Shown here piece by piece: positions 1 to 9,018 of a DNA stretch of 64,000 nucleotides (position 1 is the stretch's first letter; every line of letters begins with the position of its first letter). The position numbers were made by a program, and so were the translations under genes. The stretch is from an uncultured Bacilli bacterium (lineage in GTDB: Bacteria > Bacillota_I > Bacilli_A > RF39 > UBA660): NCBI GenBank assembly GCA_947581765.1, contig CANPVU010000002.1, forward strand, positions 123 to 64,122, in the 5' to 3' direction. The notes under the pieces were generated by a model, which was not told where the DNA came from, did not search any database, and worked only from the letters and a program-made list of their open reading frames with translations.

Positions 1-77
1 ATTTTACTTAGTTTTTGTTAGTATTAGGTTAACAAGTTATAAAACTAGAACCAACTTACTAATTTTTCAATTTTAAA

Positions 78-141
78 TTTTTCCTTATTTTATCTTACTT
101 TCCACAACAGTTTTTGTATTTCTTTCCACTTCCGCAAGAAC
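78..141. repeat. Direct repeat, left copy: degenerate duplicate of the secA 3' end including its stop codon (att-like site)
   Basis: 78-109 is identical to 3327-3358 (32 nt). Similarity with scattered mismatches continues to 141/3390. The minus strand reads SSCGSGKKYKNCCGK-stop, preceded by an in-frame stop at 143-145. Confidence 0.8.
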
Positions 142-161
142 TTTATTTTCCTATATTATCA

Positions 162-263
162 GTATTATTTGTACTTATAGTATTACTTGTATTTATTGTA
201 TTTTGGTATTAGGTATCATCTGTATTATGTGTATTTTCTGTATTATCTGTACTATAAGTATTT
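162..263. repeat. Degenerate tandem array with 9-bp period, about 12 units, core GTAYTW
   Basis: GTATTA/GTACTT/GTATTT/GTATCA cores start at 162, 171, 180, 189, 198, 206, 213, 222, 231, 240, 249 and 258. It lies just inside the left islet boundary. Confidence 0.7.
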
Positions 264-359
264 TCTAACGTGGACTTTTTGTGGACATTGACCACATTCG
301 TTCACTAATATGAGTATAACACATTTTTTATATTTTATAAAATGTGAAACTTTAAATAT

Positions 360-1082
360 TTAATAAAGTTCTTCAATAAATTGATATAGTGTATTGTATA
401 TATCTTCAAATGAAATAAATTTTAAATTAAATATAAATGATAAATCAGTTGTTTCAGTATGAATATTTAAAATTTGAGGATATTTTTTTTGAAGTTCATC
501 AAAACTTGTACCTTTTCCATGCTTATAAACATTTATAATATTTCTATACAAATCTATTTTTTCTTTAATACATTTATCTATATGTTTCCCTTCTTTTTCA
601 AGAATATCTATACATGAAAAAAATGTGCTTAAATTTTTATTTTTATATTTAGAAAATAAAAATACAGACAATTCTTTTTCAATATATAAATATATTTGCA
701 TAATAAAACTCATGATTAAATTGTATTTAATAGTTTTATATATATACAATTTTTCCCAACTTTCATATAAAAGATCTTCAACCTTTTTATCATTATTTTG
801 AATATCTTTCAAATCTATTTCTTCAATAGCACTATCCCATGCTAATAAACCATTATCAATTAACAATGAAATTTGTTTTAATGTTGGATCAAAAAATTGC
901 TTAATTACTGCATTTATATACTTTTTTTCTGATAAACTTATATTTTTTTTAGCCTTTATAGTATATGACTTTTTTAATATTGCCTTTTCATTATAATTTT
1001 TAATTATAAATTCATATTCCTTTTTTATAGTACTTAACATCTTTTTTGATTTCTTTATAAAAATATTATAATTAATTTCCAC
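360..1082 (-). CDS. Hypothetical protein, islet cargo; no family recognised
   Basis: 240-aa ORF predicted to be helical. Near the C-terminus it reads LYRNIINVYKHGKG, only loosely like an R-x(n)-H HEPN motif. Confidence 0.6.
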   Translation of the reverse strand: MEINYNIFIKKSKKMLSTIKKEYEFIIKNYNEKAILKKSYTIKAKKNISLSEKKYINAVIKQFFDPTLKQISLLIDNGLLAWDSAIEEIDLKDIQNNDKKVEDLLYESWEKLYIYKTIKYNLIMSFIMQIYLYIEKELSVFLFSKYKNKNLSTFFSCIDILEKEGKHIDKCIKEKIDLYRNIINVYKHGKGTSFDELQKKYPQILNIHTETTDLSFIFNLKFISFEDIYNTLYQFIEELY

Positions 1083-1123
1083 TACTGCTTACCTCCATTT
1101 TTAGTTATATTATACCATTTATA

Positions 1124-2346
1124 CTATTTTAGTTTAATAGTACTCTCTAATTTTTTAATTACATTTTCCTTATCTTTATTTACACTTGAAATATAATATT
1201 TTTCTGTTGTTTCAATTCTTTTATGTCCTAATATTTCAGCAATGTCTTTTATTTCACAACCACTCCTTAAACTAATAGTAGCAAAACTCCCTCTTAAATC
1301 GTAAAATCTACAATTAATTCCTAATTCGTGATGAATTATTTTAAAAGGATATCTTATAATATCAGTTCCTGAATATGTTCCATCTTTTCGAGTAAATACC
1401 AGTTGAATTTTATTATCTTTTGAATTTTTTTCTATAATTTTATATTCTACTAACTTACCATATTTATTTTTTATTTCTCCCAATACATATTGCTTATATT
1501 TTTTACTATATTCTTTTTTATAAGTATTTTGCAATTTTTTATAATCAAATAATATTGAATATAAAGTATCACATATATAAACATCTCTTTGGCTTCCTTT
1601 TGTTTTAGTTGTTCCTAAATACCATCTGCCATTTTCTTCTTTATCTTTTGCATATACGGTTTTATTTATTTTAATAATTCTATTATCTAAATCTATATCG
1701 TTCCAAGTTAATGCAAATACTTCTCCTGTTCTCATTCCAGTATAACAAGCCGTAAGAAATGCTGTTATAAATACTTTATTATTTTTAAATCTATTTAAAA
1801 TTAGTTCTATTTCTTTATTAGTATAAACATGACTTACATTGTTTTTTTTAATTCAAATGATAATACTCTAGGTATTTGTAAATCTGCTGCTGGATTATAT
1901 TTAATAAATCCAAAATAATATGTGGCATCTCTTAAAGAACTTTTTATAACTTTTTGATAATTTCTTAATGACTCTTTTTTACTTGATGTTTGATATAATT
2001 TTAACAATGCTTGATTAAGAATATATGAAGTTAAAGCCGATAATTTATAATTACCGATTTCCTTTTTTATATTACTAAAAGACTCTTTATATCTCTTTGC
2101 AGTTGAATATTTATAGTTTATTTCAAAATATTCTTTCATCCAATAATCTAAATAATCGCTATATAACATATTACATTCACTACTTGTTACTCCATTAATA
2201 AATTCATCATATGCTTTTTGTCCTGCTATATATGCTTCATTTTTAGTTCTAAAACCACTTTTTGTTATTTGTTTCCTTTTTCCATTTACCTTCCCTGCTT
2301 CAAAGCAATATTGATAAACACTACCTCTTTTTCTAATATTGATCAT
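1124..2346 (-). pseudogene. int: Tyrosine recombinase (phage/ICE-type integrase) split by a frameshift in a homopolymer
   Basis: ORF 1834-2346 has an arm-binding-type N-terminus (RKRGSVYQYCFEAGKVNGKRKQITKSGFRTKNEA). ORF 1124-1735 has the catalytic region (MRTGEV, YDLRGSFAT, LGHKRIETTEKYY). The downstream frame stays open up to 1850, and one extra A in the A8 run (T8 on plus, 1842-1849) fuses both frames. Confidence 0.85.
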
Positions 2347-2403
2347 ATTTCATTCTCCTCATTTCTTTTCTATTATATAAAAATAACTAGTATCATAAAA
2401 TAA

Positions 2404-3117
2404 CTAGTTATTTTTATCTTGTATATCTATAAATTCCAATTTTTCTAGTGTTGAAAAATTAACTTTTACTTCTTTATTATATTTATTTATGATTAAAAAA
2501 TAATCCTTTAACAAACTAAATATACTTTTAAAATATATATTATAAAAAGTTTCATCGCTTTTTGTTTGAAAAGGTAATAATTTATTTATTTGTGACAATA
2601 CGTGTATATCACCTGAAAAAAAATTATACATATAACCATATTTATATTTTCTTGCTAGTTTTCCATATGTTTTTTTATCTTTAAATATTTTTAATAATCC
2701 CTGATTACTATAATTAATGTCTTTTATATTTAAATTTGTCGCTCCTAGTTGCTTGTTATATGCCTCAATAGATGCTTCAACAATTATTTTTTCATCAATA
2801 TTTTCTTCTTCTATTTCTTTTATTAAAGAAATTTGTTCAATTATTTGCCTGCATAGCATCGATATATATGATGGATAAATTATATTGCTATTAAATTGTC
2901 TGCAAAATTCACTTGTTATATTCATTGCTAAATGAAATACAATTAAATTATTTTTTCTAATCTTTATACTTTGTTTTTCATAATTCACATCTTTATTTAT
3001 ACTTTTTAAGTAATTTACCATTGAGATTCTATATATAAGTAAACTAATCCAATATATTTTATTTTTAATATCTTTATAATTATCTAAATTAACTTTTGTA
3101 TATATCTTTTCAAACAA
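2404..3117 (-). CDS. Hypothetical protein, islet cargo; no family recognised
   Basis: 237-aa ORF starting at TTG. The frame stays open upstream to about 3195 with no ATG, so the start is uncertain. AAAGGAG lies at about 3201-3207 on the minus strand. Confidence 0.6.
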   Translation of the reverse strand: MFEKIYTKVNLDNYKDIKNKIYWISLLIYRISMVNYLKSINKDVNYEKQSIKIRKNNLIVFHLAMNITSEFCRQFNSNIIYPSYISMLCRQIIEQISLIKEIEEENIDEKIIVEASIEAYNKQLGATNLNIKDINYSNQGLLKIFKDKKTYGKLARKYKYGYMYNFFSGDIHVLSQINKLLPFQTKSDETFYNIYFKSIFSLLKDYFLIINKYNKEVKVNFSTLEKLEFIDIQDKNN

Positions 3118-3326
3118 ATTATTTTCAAAAATCTCTTTATGATATTTTTTGTCAATATCAATACCACTTATAATATTATCTAACTCTTTTATTGATGTTC
3201 ACTCCTTTAACAAAAAGGATGTCAACAAATTTATTTTTGTTAACACCCTTTATTTTAAATGGATTTTGTCCACATTTTATTTAATTGGTTGACAAACAAC
3301 AAATTTGTCACTTTTTTAATATTGAT

Positions 3327-3390
3327 TTTTTCCTTATTTTATCTTACTTTCCACAACAATTTTTGTATTTTTTTCCCGAACCACAAGGAC
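3327..3390. repeat. Direct repeat, right copy: the functional secA 3' end and stop codon (att-like site)
   Basis: Pairs with 78-141. Covers the secA stop (3344-3346) and the CPCGSGKKYKNCCGK codons. Confidence 0.8.
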
Positions 3391-5833
3391 ATGGATCATT
3401 TCTACCTATTTTATTAACTCTCTTTGGAGATGCTTTCTTCACTTTAGACTCATCTTGATTTGTTGATATATTTTTAGCTACTTCTTTACGTTCAGTATTT
3501 TGTCTTACTTCTGCTTTTAATAAGTATACAGATGTTTGTTGATCAATTTTAGCTAATAATTCATCAAATAACTCATATCCTTCACTTTTATAAGCCCTAA
3601 GTGGATTTTCTTGAGCATAACCTCTTAAATGTATTCCCTCACGTAAGTGAGACATAGTATTAATATGTTCCATCCAATATGTATCAATAACTCTTAATGA
3701 AATAGCTTTTTCAAAATCACTAACTATTTCATCAGGTAATTGTGATAATTTTTGATTGTATTTATCAAGTACACATTCATATATAACATCAGAAGTATTA
3801 TCTATAGAATTAAAATCAAAATCTTCATCATGAAGTTCAATGTTTAATTCATTTTTAAAGAATGCTTTTATTTCTTCTGCATCTTCATCATTAAACTTTC
3901 CATCTAATGTATGTTCAAATACAACATCATCTATGTAATTTTTAATACTTTCAAGTACTGTATCATGAACTGACTCACTATCAAGTATACTATTACGTCT
4001 TTCATATATAATTTCACGTTGTTCATTTATAACATTATCATATTCAAGTAATGTTTTACGTACATCATAGTTATTACCTTCAACTCTTTTTTGAGCAGTT
4101 TCAATTGATTTAGCTAATGCAGAATTACGAATTGCTGCATCACCAGCAAATCCAGCACGAGCTAACAATCCTTTAGCGCGATCTGCACCAAATCTAACCA
4201 TAAGATCATCTTCAAATGATACACAAAATTGTGAAAATCCTGGATCTCCCTGACGACCAGAACGACCTCTTAATTGGTTATCTATACGTCTTGATTCATG
4301 CCTTTCTGTACCAATTACACATAAACCACCTAATTCTTTTACACCTTCACCTAATTTAATGTCTGTTCCACGACCAGCCATATTAGTAGCAATTGTAACT
4401 GCACCTTTTTCACCGGCATGTGCTATTATTTCTGCTTCTCTTGCATGATTTTTAGCATTTAATACTTCATGTGGTATTTTAGCTTTTTTAAGCATATCAC
4501 TTATTAATTCACTTGTTTCAACAGCTATTGTACCTACAAGTACTGGTTGTCCTTCTTTATGTCTGTCTTTAATTTCATTAACTATAGCCTTATATTTTCC
4601 TTCTTTAGTTGCGAATATTAAATCTTTATAATCATTTCTTATAACAGGTTTATTTGTTGGAATACATATAACATACATATTATATATATCCCTTAATTCT
4701 TCTTCCTCAGTTTTTGCAGTACCTGTCATACCAGATAATTTCTTATACATACGAAACAAATTTTGAAATGTAATAGTAGCTAAAGTTTTAGTTTCTTCAT
4801 TAATAGTTACTCCCTCTTTAGCTTCTATTGCTTGGTGTAATCCATCAGAATATGAACGTCCTTCCATTAAACGTCCTGTAAATGAGTCTACTATTACTAT
4901 TTTATCATCTTTAACAACATAATCTACATCATTATGCATAGCATAATTAGCTTTTAATGCTTGATTAATAAAATGTACTAAATCTGTATTTTCTATATCA
5001 TATAAGTTCTTAACATTAAATGTTTTTTCTGCTTGTTCTATTCCTTTTTGATCTAAAACTGTAGCTTTAGTTTGTTCGTCATATATATATCCATCATCAA
5101 GTTTCAATGATTTTACAAATTTATCTGTTTGAATATATAAATCAGCAGATTTCATATGTCCTCCAGATATAATAAGTGGAGTTCTTGCTTCATCTATTAA
5201 TATTGAATCAACTTCATCAATTATAGCAAAATTTAATTTTCTAGCTACTCTATTTGCTGAATTTACAACCATATTATCTCTAAGGTAATCAAAACCAATT
5301 TCATTGTTTGTAGAATAAGTAATATCACAATTATATGCTGCCTGTTTTTCAGAAGTTGAAAGTTCACGTAAATTAACTCCTACTGTTACGCCTAATAATT
5401 CATAAACAGGTCCCATCCATTCTGCATTACGTGTTGACAAATATTCATTTGTAGTAATTACATGAACACCTTCTCCAGATAAAGAATTCAAATATGCTGG
5501 TAAAACTGTAGTTAATGTTTTTCCTTCACCTGTTTTCATTTCTGCTATATTACCATAATGTATTGCAAATCCACCTACTACTTGTACAAAATATGGCTTT
5601 TCTCCTAAAACTCTATATGCTGCTTCTCTAGCAGTAGCAAAAGCTTCTATTTTTATATCTTCTAATGTTTCTCCATCTTCCAATCTTTGTTTAAATTCAT
5701 CAGTTTTAGCTCTTAATTCTGCATCAGATAACTTAGAGTATTCATCTTCAAGTGCTAAAACTTGATTTGCTAATGATTCAAATTTTTTTAATTCTTTTGC
5801 TTCATGACTAAATAATCTCTTAAATATATTCAT
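3344..5833 (-). CDS. secA: Preprotein translocase ATPase SecA
   Basis: Contains MKTGEGKT, DEVDSILIDEARTPLIISG and the C-terminal zinc motif CPCGSGKKYKNCCGK. ATG at 5833 was chosen because AAAGGAGAG lies upstream; the ORF-track start is 5899. Confidence 0.97.
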   Translation of the reverse strand: MNIFKRLFSHEAKELKKFESLANQVLALEDEYSKLSDAELRAKTDEFKQRLEDGETLEDIKIEAFATAREAAYRVLGEKPYFVQVVGGFAIHYGNIAEMKTGEGKTLTTVLPAYLNSLSGEGVHVITTNEYLSTRNAEWMGPVYELLGVTVGVNLRELSTSEKQAAYNCDITYSTNNEIGFDYLRDNMVVNSANRVARKLNFAIIDEVDSILIDEARTPLIISGGHMKSADLYIQTDKFVKSLKLDDGYIYDEQTKATVLDQKGIEQAEKTFNVKNLYDIENTDLVHFINQALKANYAMHNDVDYVVKDDKIVIVDSFTGRLMEGRSYSDGLHQAIEAKEGVTINEETKTLATITFQNLFRMYKKLSGMTGTAKTEEEELRDIYNMYVICIPTNKPVIRNDYKDLIFATKEGKYKAIVNEIKDRHKEGQPVLVGTIAVETSELISDMLKKAKIPHEVLNAKNHAREAEIIAHAGEKGAVTIATNMAGRGTDIKLGEGVKELGGLCVIGTERHESRRIDNQLRGRSGRQGDPGFSQFCVSFEDDLMVRFGADRAKGLLARAGFAGDAAIRNSALAKSIETAQKRVEGNNYDVRKTLLEYDNVINEQREIIYERRNSILDSESVHDTVLESIKNYIDDVVFEHTLDGKFNDEDAEEIKAFFKNELNIELHDEDFDFNSIDNTSDVIYECVLDKYNQKLSQLPDEIVSDFEKAISLRVIDTYWMEHINTMSHLREGIHLRGYAQENPLRAYKSEGYELFDELLAKIDQQTSVYLLKAEVRQNTERKEVAKNISTNQDESKVKKASPKRVNKIGRNDPCPCGSGKKYKNCCGK

Positions 5834-5907
5834 TTGATACTCTCCTTTTGCATATAAATATATTATATCAATTATTCGTTTAAAATCATAGTAATTCAAA
5901 GAAATTT

Positions 5908-5941
5908 ACAAAAAAACAAAAAATAGGCTTTTTGCCTATTT
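5908..5941 (-). terminator. Rho-independent terminator after hpf
   Basis: Stem AATAGGC/GCCTATT (5922-5928 with 5934-5940), followed by a long T-run on the minus strand. Confidence 0.75.
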
Positions 5942-6466
5942 TGTTTCTATAATACCATAATTTCCATCTTTTCTTTGATATAATACATCAACATCTCCTG
6001 TATCTACATTTTTAAATACAAAGAATTCATGTCCTATCAAATTCATTTGAAGAATTGCCTCTTCTTCACTCATTGGTTTCATTTCTATTTCTTTTCTCTT
6101 CACAATTGTTTGCTCCGTTTCATCTTTTAAGTCCTCAAAGCTTAAATCAAAACCAATAGTTTCACTCTTATTTACACGCTTTTGCATTCTTGTCTTATTT
6201 TTTCTAATTTGTCTTTCTAACTTATCTGACACTATATCTATTGCTGCGTATAAATCTTCATGACGTTCCTCACATCTTAGAACAATTTTTTGGATTGGAA
6301 TAGTTACTTCTACAATTTGATCTCTACCAACAATTCTAATTACTACTTTAGCAGTTATATCTTCAGGATTTGATAAATATTTATCTAATTTACCAATTTT
6401 TTCCTCAATATACTTCTTTATTGGTTCAGTAACCTCAACTTTCTTCCCATGAATATTAAACTTCAT
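5936..6466 (-). CDS. hpf: Ribosome hibernation promoting factor, long form
   Basis: N-terminal S30AE-like region (MKFNIHGKKVEVTEPIKKYIEEK) and a C-terminal dimerisation region (PMSEEEAILQMNLIGHEFFVFKN). Confidence 0.9.
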   Translation of the reverse strand: MKFNIHGKKVEVTEPIKKYIEEKIGKLDKYLSNPEDITAKVVIRIVGRDQIVEVTIPIQKIVLRCEERHEDLYAAIDIVSDKLERQIRKNKTRMQKRVNKSETIGFDLSFEDLKDETEQTIVKRKEIEMKPMSEEEAILQMNLIGHEFFVFKNVDTGDVDVLYQRKDGNYGIIETK

Positions 6467-6530
6467 AATTATCATTCCCTTCCAATTACATTATATCACA
6501 TAATATGAAATTTCTTTATATAATTTTAAC

Positions 6531-6556
6531 AAAAAAATGTAGACATCATCTACATT
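6531..6556 (-). terminator. Rho-independent terminator after the cold-shock gene
   Basis: Stem AATGTAGA/TCTACATT with a 5-nt loop, followed by T7 on the minus strand. Confidence 0.7.
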
Positions 6557-6559
6557 AAT

Positions 6560-6775
6560 CTAAACTAATGTTGTTTTTATTTCTTCAACATTCTTTGCTT
6601 GTAATCCTTTAGCGGTATTAATAAGTTCAAAGTTTACATATTGACCTTCAAGTAAAGATCTATATCCTTTTGATTTAATAGCAGAATAATGAACAAATAT
6701 ATCATCTTTTCCTTCTACCTCTAAAAATCCATAACCTTTGTCATTATTAAACCATTTAACTTTTCCACTAATCAT
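6560..6775 (-). CDS. cspA: Cold-shock protein, CspA family
   Basis: Carries the RNP motifs KWFNNDKGYGFLE and DIFVHYSAI. Confidence 0.93.
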   Translation of the reverse strand: MISGKVKWFNNDKGYGFLEVEGKDDIFVHYSAIKSKGYRSLLEGQYVNFELINTAKGLQAKNVEEIKTTLV

Positions 6776-6835
6776 TTAATCATCCCTCCTAGAATAATTA
6801 TAACATGTATTAAGTCCATTGATAGAGTAAAGAAG

Positions 6836-6864
6836 TTGACAAAAATCGACATTTTTTGTATAAA
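6836..6864 (+). promoter_or_regulatory. Sigma-A-type promoter facing agrB
   Basis: TTGACA (6836-6841), 17-nt spacer, TATAAA (6859-6864). A perfect 14-bp palindrome TTTTGTGCACAAAA lies downstream at 6892-6905. Confidence 0.55.
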
Positions 6865-6978
6865 ATTATTCTTTTTAATTTAATTATTATGTTTTGTGCA
6901 CAAAATTGATGATTACAAACATATAATATTTGTTTTAAGTTAATTTAAATATATAATGGACTCATGGAGGTAAATTGT

Positions 6979-7596
6979 ATGAGAAAAAGAGTAGTAACAC
7001 TAATAACAAACTATATAAAAAAATATAAGGATTTAGATAAAGATAGCGAAGAAGTAATTATATATGGTTTAGAATCATTATATATTTTGATAACAAAGGT
7101 AGGTATGATTTTCATTTTAGCAGCAATACTAGGAATATTTAAAGAAACTTTTATATTTCTCTTATGCTTTAATGGAATTCGAGCATTTGCTTTTGGTTTA
7201 CACGCTACAAAAAGTTACATTTGCTTTATAGTTTCAACGATTGTATGTTTAGCGTTACCCTATTTAGCATCCTCTATCACAATTTTACAAATGTATAAAA
7301 TCATTATTGGAGTTATATGTACTTGTTTAATCTTTAAAAATAGTCCAGCTGATACTCATAAAAGACCAATTGTAAATCCTGTTAAAAGAAAAAAATTTAA
7401 AATAATTTCAACTTTAATTTCTATTTTTTATGTTATTTTATCACTATTTATAAATTCTTTTATAAGTAACTGCTTACTATTTAGTTTAATAGTAGAATCA
7501 ATTATAACTGCTCCTTTTACATATAAATTATTTAAGCTTCCATATAATAATTATATAAAATATTTAGAAGAGGAGGATGAAAATGTTTTTTGCTAA
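6979..7596 (+). CDS. agrB: AgrB-family membrane peptidase that processes the autoinducing peptide
   Basis: Polytopic membrane protein with FAFGLHATKSYICF, matching the conserved His/Cys pair of AgrB. GGAGGT lies 7 nt upstream of the ATG at 6979. Confidence 0.85.
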   Translation: MRKRVVTLITNYIKKYKDLDKDSEEVIIYGLESLYILITKVGMIFILAAILGIFKETFIFLLCFNGIRAFAFGLHATKSYICFIVSTIVCLALPYLASSITILQMYKIIIGVICTCLIFKNSPADTHKRPIVNPVKRKKFKIISTLISIFYVILSLFINSFISNCLLFSLIVESIITAPFTYKLFKLPYNNYIKYLEEEDENVFC

Positions 7597-7699
7597 TTTA
7601 TTAAGTGGATTTGCTACTTTATTTGCCAGTGAATGTTCTAATAAATGTTTAGTTCTTATCATTGACGAACCAAAATGTCCAAAAAGTTTAATTAAATAA
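7583..7699 (+). CDS. agrD: AgrD-like autoinducing peptide precursor; not in the ORF track
   Basis: Translates to MFFANLLSGFATLFASECSNKCLVLIIDEPKCPKSLIK. It has a hydrophobic N-terminus, Cys plus 4 residues, then an acidic/Pro tail (DEP..PKSL). AGGAGG at 7571-7576 lies 6 nt upstream, overlapping the end of agrB. An alternative ATG is at 7577. Confidence 0.75.
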   Translation: MFFANLLSGFATLFASECSNKCLVLIIDEPKCPKSLIK

Positions 7700-7703
7700 A
7701 TAT

Positions 7704-7726
7704 AACACCCTTGCTGGGTGTTTTTT
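7704..7726. terminator. Bidirectional terminator between the convergent agrBD and kinase genes
   Basis: Stem AACACCC/GGGTGTT with loop TTGCT. T-run on the plus strand and a T-rich tract on the minus strand. Confidence 0.7.
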
Positions 7727-7728
7727 GT

Positions 7729-9018
7729 TTATCTATTTATTTGAAGTACTTGAGTAAATTCATCAGAATTAATTTCATGATGGGTACGTAATTTAGAATT
7801 ATTTTTAACTAATTTTTTTACAAGTGATAATCCATATCCATGATTTCCACCCTTAGTACTAACTCCTGCTTTATATATGTCATCCTTTTTTATTGACGTA
7901 TCAAAAATATTTGTTATTAATATATTAAAAATATTATCTTCGTTATACATTTCAATTATAATATATTTCTCATTTAACTTATCAACTTCTTCTATTGCAT
8001 TATCCAAAAATATACCAATTATTTTACAAATATCCAACATAGTTTTCTCACCATAATCCAATAAATCTACTAATCTTACTGAACTAGATAATTCTAAATC
8101 ATAATCAATATTTTTATTTTTCATAAGTAACAATTTTGAATATATTAAACCTCTTAATCCACCACTTGGAATCATACTAGTTTCATGCATAATATTTTTA
8201 TCATCCTTTAGTTTATTATCCAATATAGTATCAATAAATTTAATTATTTTCTTACTAGTTGTCATATTTCTAATAGTCATAAGTTGATTTTTATTTTCAT
8301 GATTATCTATTCTATGATTAGTAAGTACATTTTCTAATTCTCTTAAGCTTACTAAACTACTATTATATTTATCAGATACTTTATAATAATCATTTTTAGT
8401 CTTAAAGAATAAACAAATAAATACAAATGAAATTATAGATATAATTAATGAAAAAATTGTTAAAAGTGATGGATTTAACAATGAAAAAGTATTTAAAGTT
8501 AAAATTCCATATATAAATAAAACAATTACAGATAAAAAAATTATAAATGTTTGATTCAATCTTTCTGTAGCATTGTCAAAGAAGTAATATAATTTTTTTA
8601 CTATTGGAATTTTAGATATTACTAATGAACAAAATGAAATTGATGTATTAGCAATAAAACTACCAAAATAATTATTGATAAATTTATCAGTATTATTTTT
8701 TAATAATATCATTAATATTAGCGCAAAAACAGATTCACTAACCATATATATTATTTGAGTAATAATTGGTCCAGTTAACGAGTTCTTTAAATTAACATCA
8801 AATAAAATTTTATATATTAAAATCAATATAATAGTTGTATTTATCGCTTTCAATGTAGCATGAATATTAAAATAGTTAATTAAAATTACTATACTAGCTC
8901 CCAAAATTATGAAAAGAGTTCTTAATTTAAACCATTTTATCTTTTCTGTTGACCAACTATTCCAAATTGTAAAAATTATTATTACCATAATAAAAGATGA
9001 AATTATTGTTCCAATCAT
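7729..9018 (-). CDS. agrC: AgrC-like sensor histidine kinase (multi-TM sensor plus GHKL ATPase)
   Basis: The N-terminal ~200 aa are hydrophobic with multiple TM segments. The C-terminus reads FLDNAIEE and STKGGNHGYGLSLVKKLV. It overlaps the upstream LytTR regulator gene by 4 nt. Confidence 0.8.
   Translation of the reverse strand: MIGTIISSFIMVIIIFTIWNSWSTEKIKWFKLRTLFIILGASIVILINYFNIHATLKAINTTIILILIYKILFDVNLKNSLTGPIITQIIYMVSESVFALILMILLKNNTDKFINNYFGSFIANTSISFCSLVISKIPIVKKLYYFFDNATERLNQTFIIFLSVIVLFIYGILTLNTFSLLNPSLLTIFSLIISIISFVFICLFFKTKNDYYKVSDKYNSSLVSLRELENVLTNHRIDNHENKNQLMTIRNMTTSKKIIKFIDTILDNKLKDDKNIMHETSMIPSGGLRGLIYSKLLLMKNKNIDYDLELSSSVRLVDLLDYGEKTMLDICKIIGIFLDNAIEEVDKLNEKYIIIEMYNEDNIFNILITNIFDTSIKKDDIYKAGVSTKGGNHGYGLSLVKKLVKNNSKLRTHHEINSDEFTQVLQINR

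Larger units (their letters stand above)
78..3358 (-). mobile_element. Small integrative islet (~3.25 kb) inserted at the 3' end of secA; integrase plus two unknown cargo genes
   Basis: Flanking direct repeats sit 3249 bp apart, with an internal tyrosine recombinase. TGTGGACA motifs occur near both ends in inverted orientation (280-287 and 3267-3274). Confidence 0.7.

Noticed and set aside
142-300. Possible extended secA pseudogene remnant, since the minus strand reads ..ENTYSTDNTENTHNTDDT-stop.
   Set aside because: Similarity to secA ends at about 141, where an in-frame stop occurs. The frame is closed by stops on both sides, and the pattern is better explained as the 9-bp repeat array.
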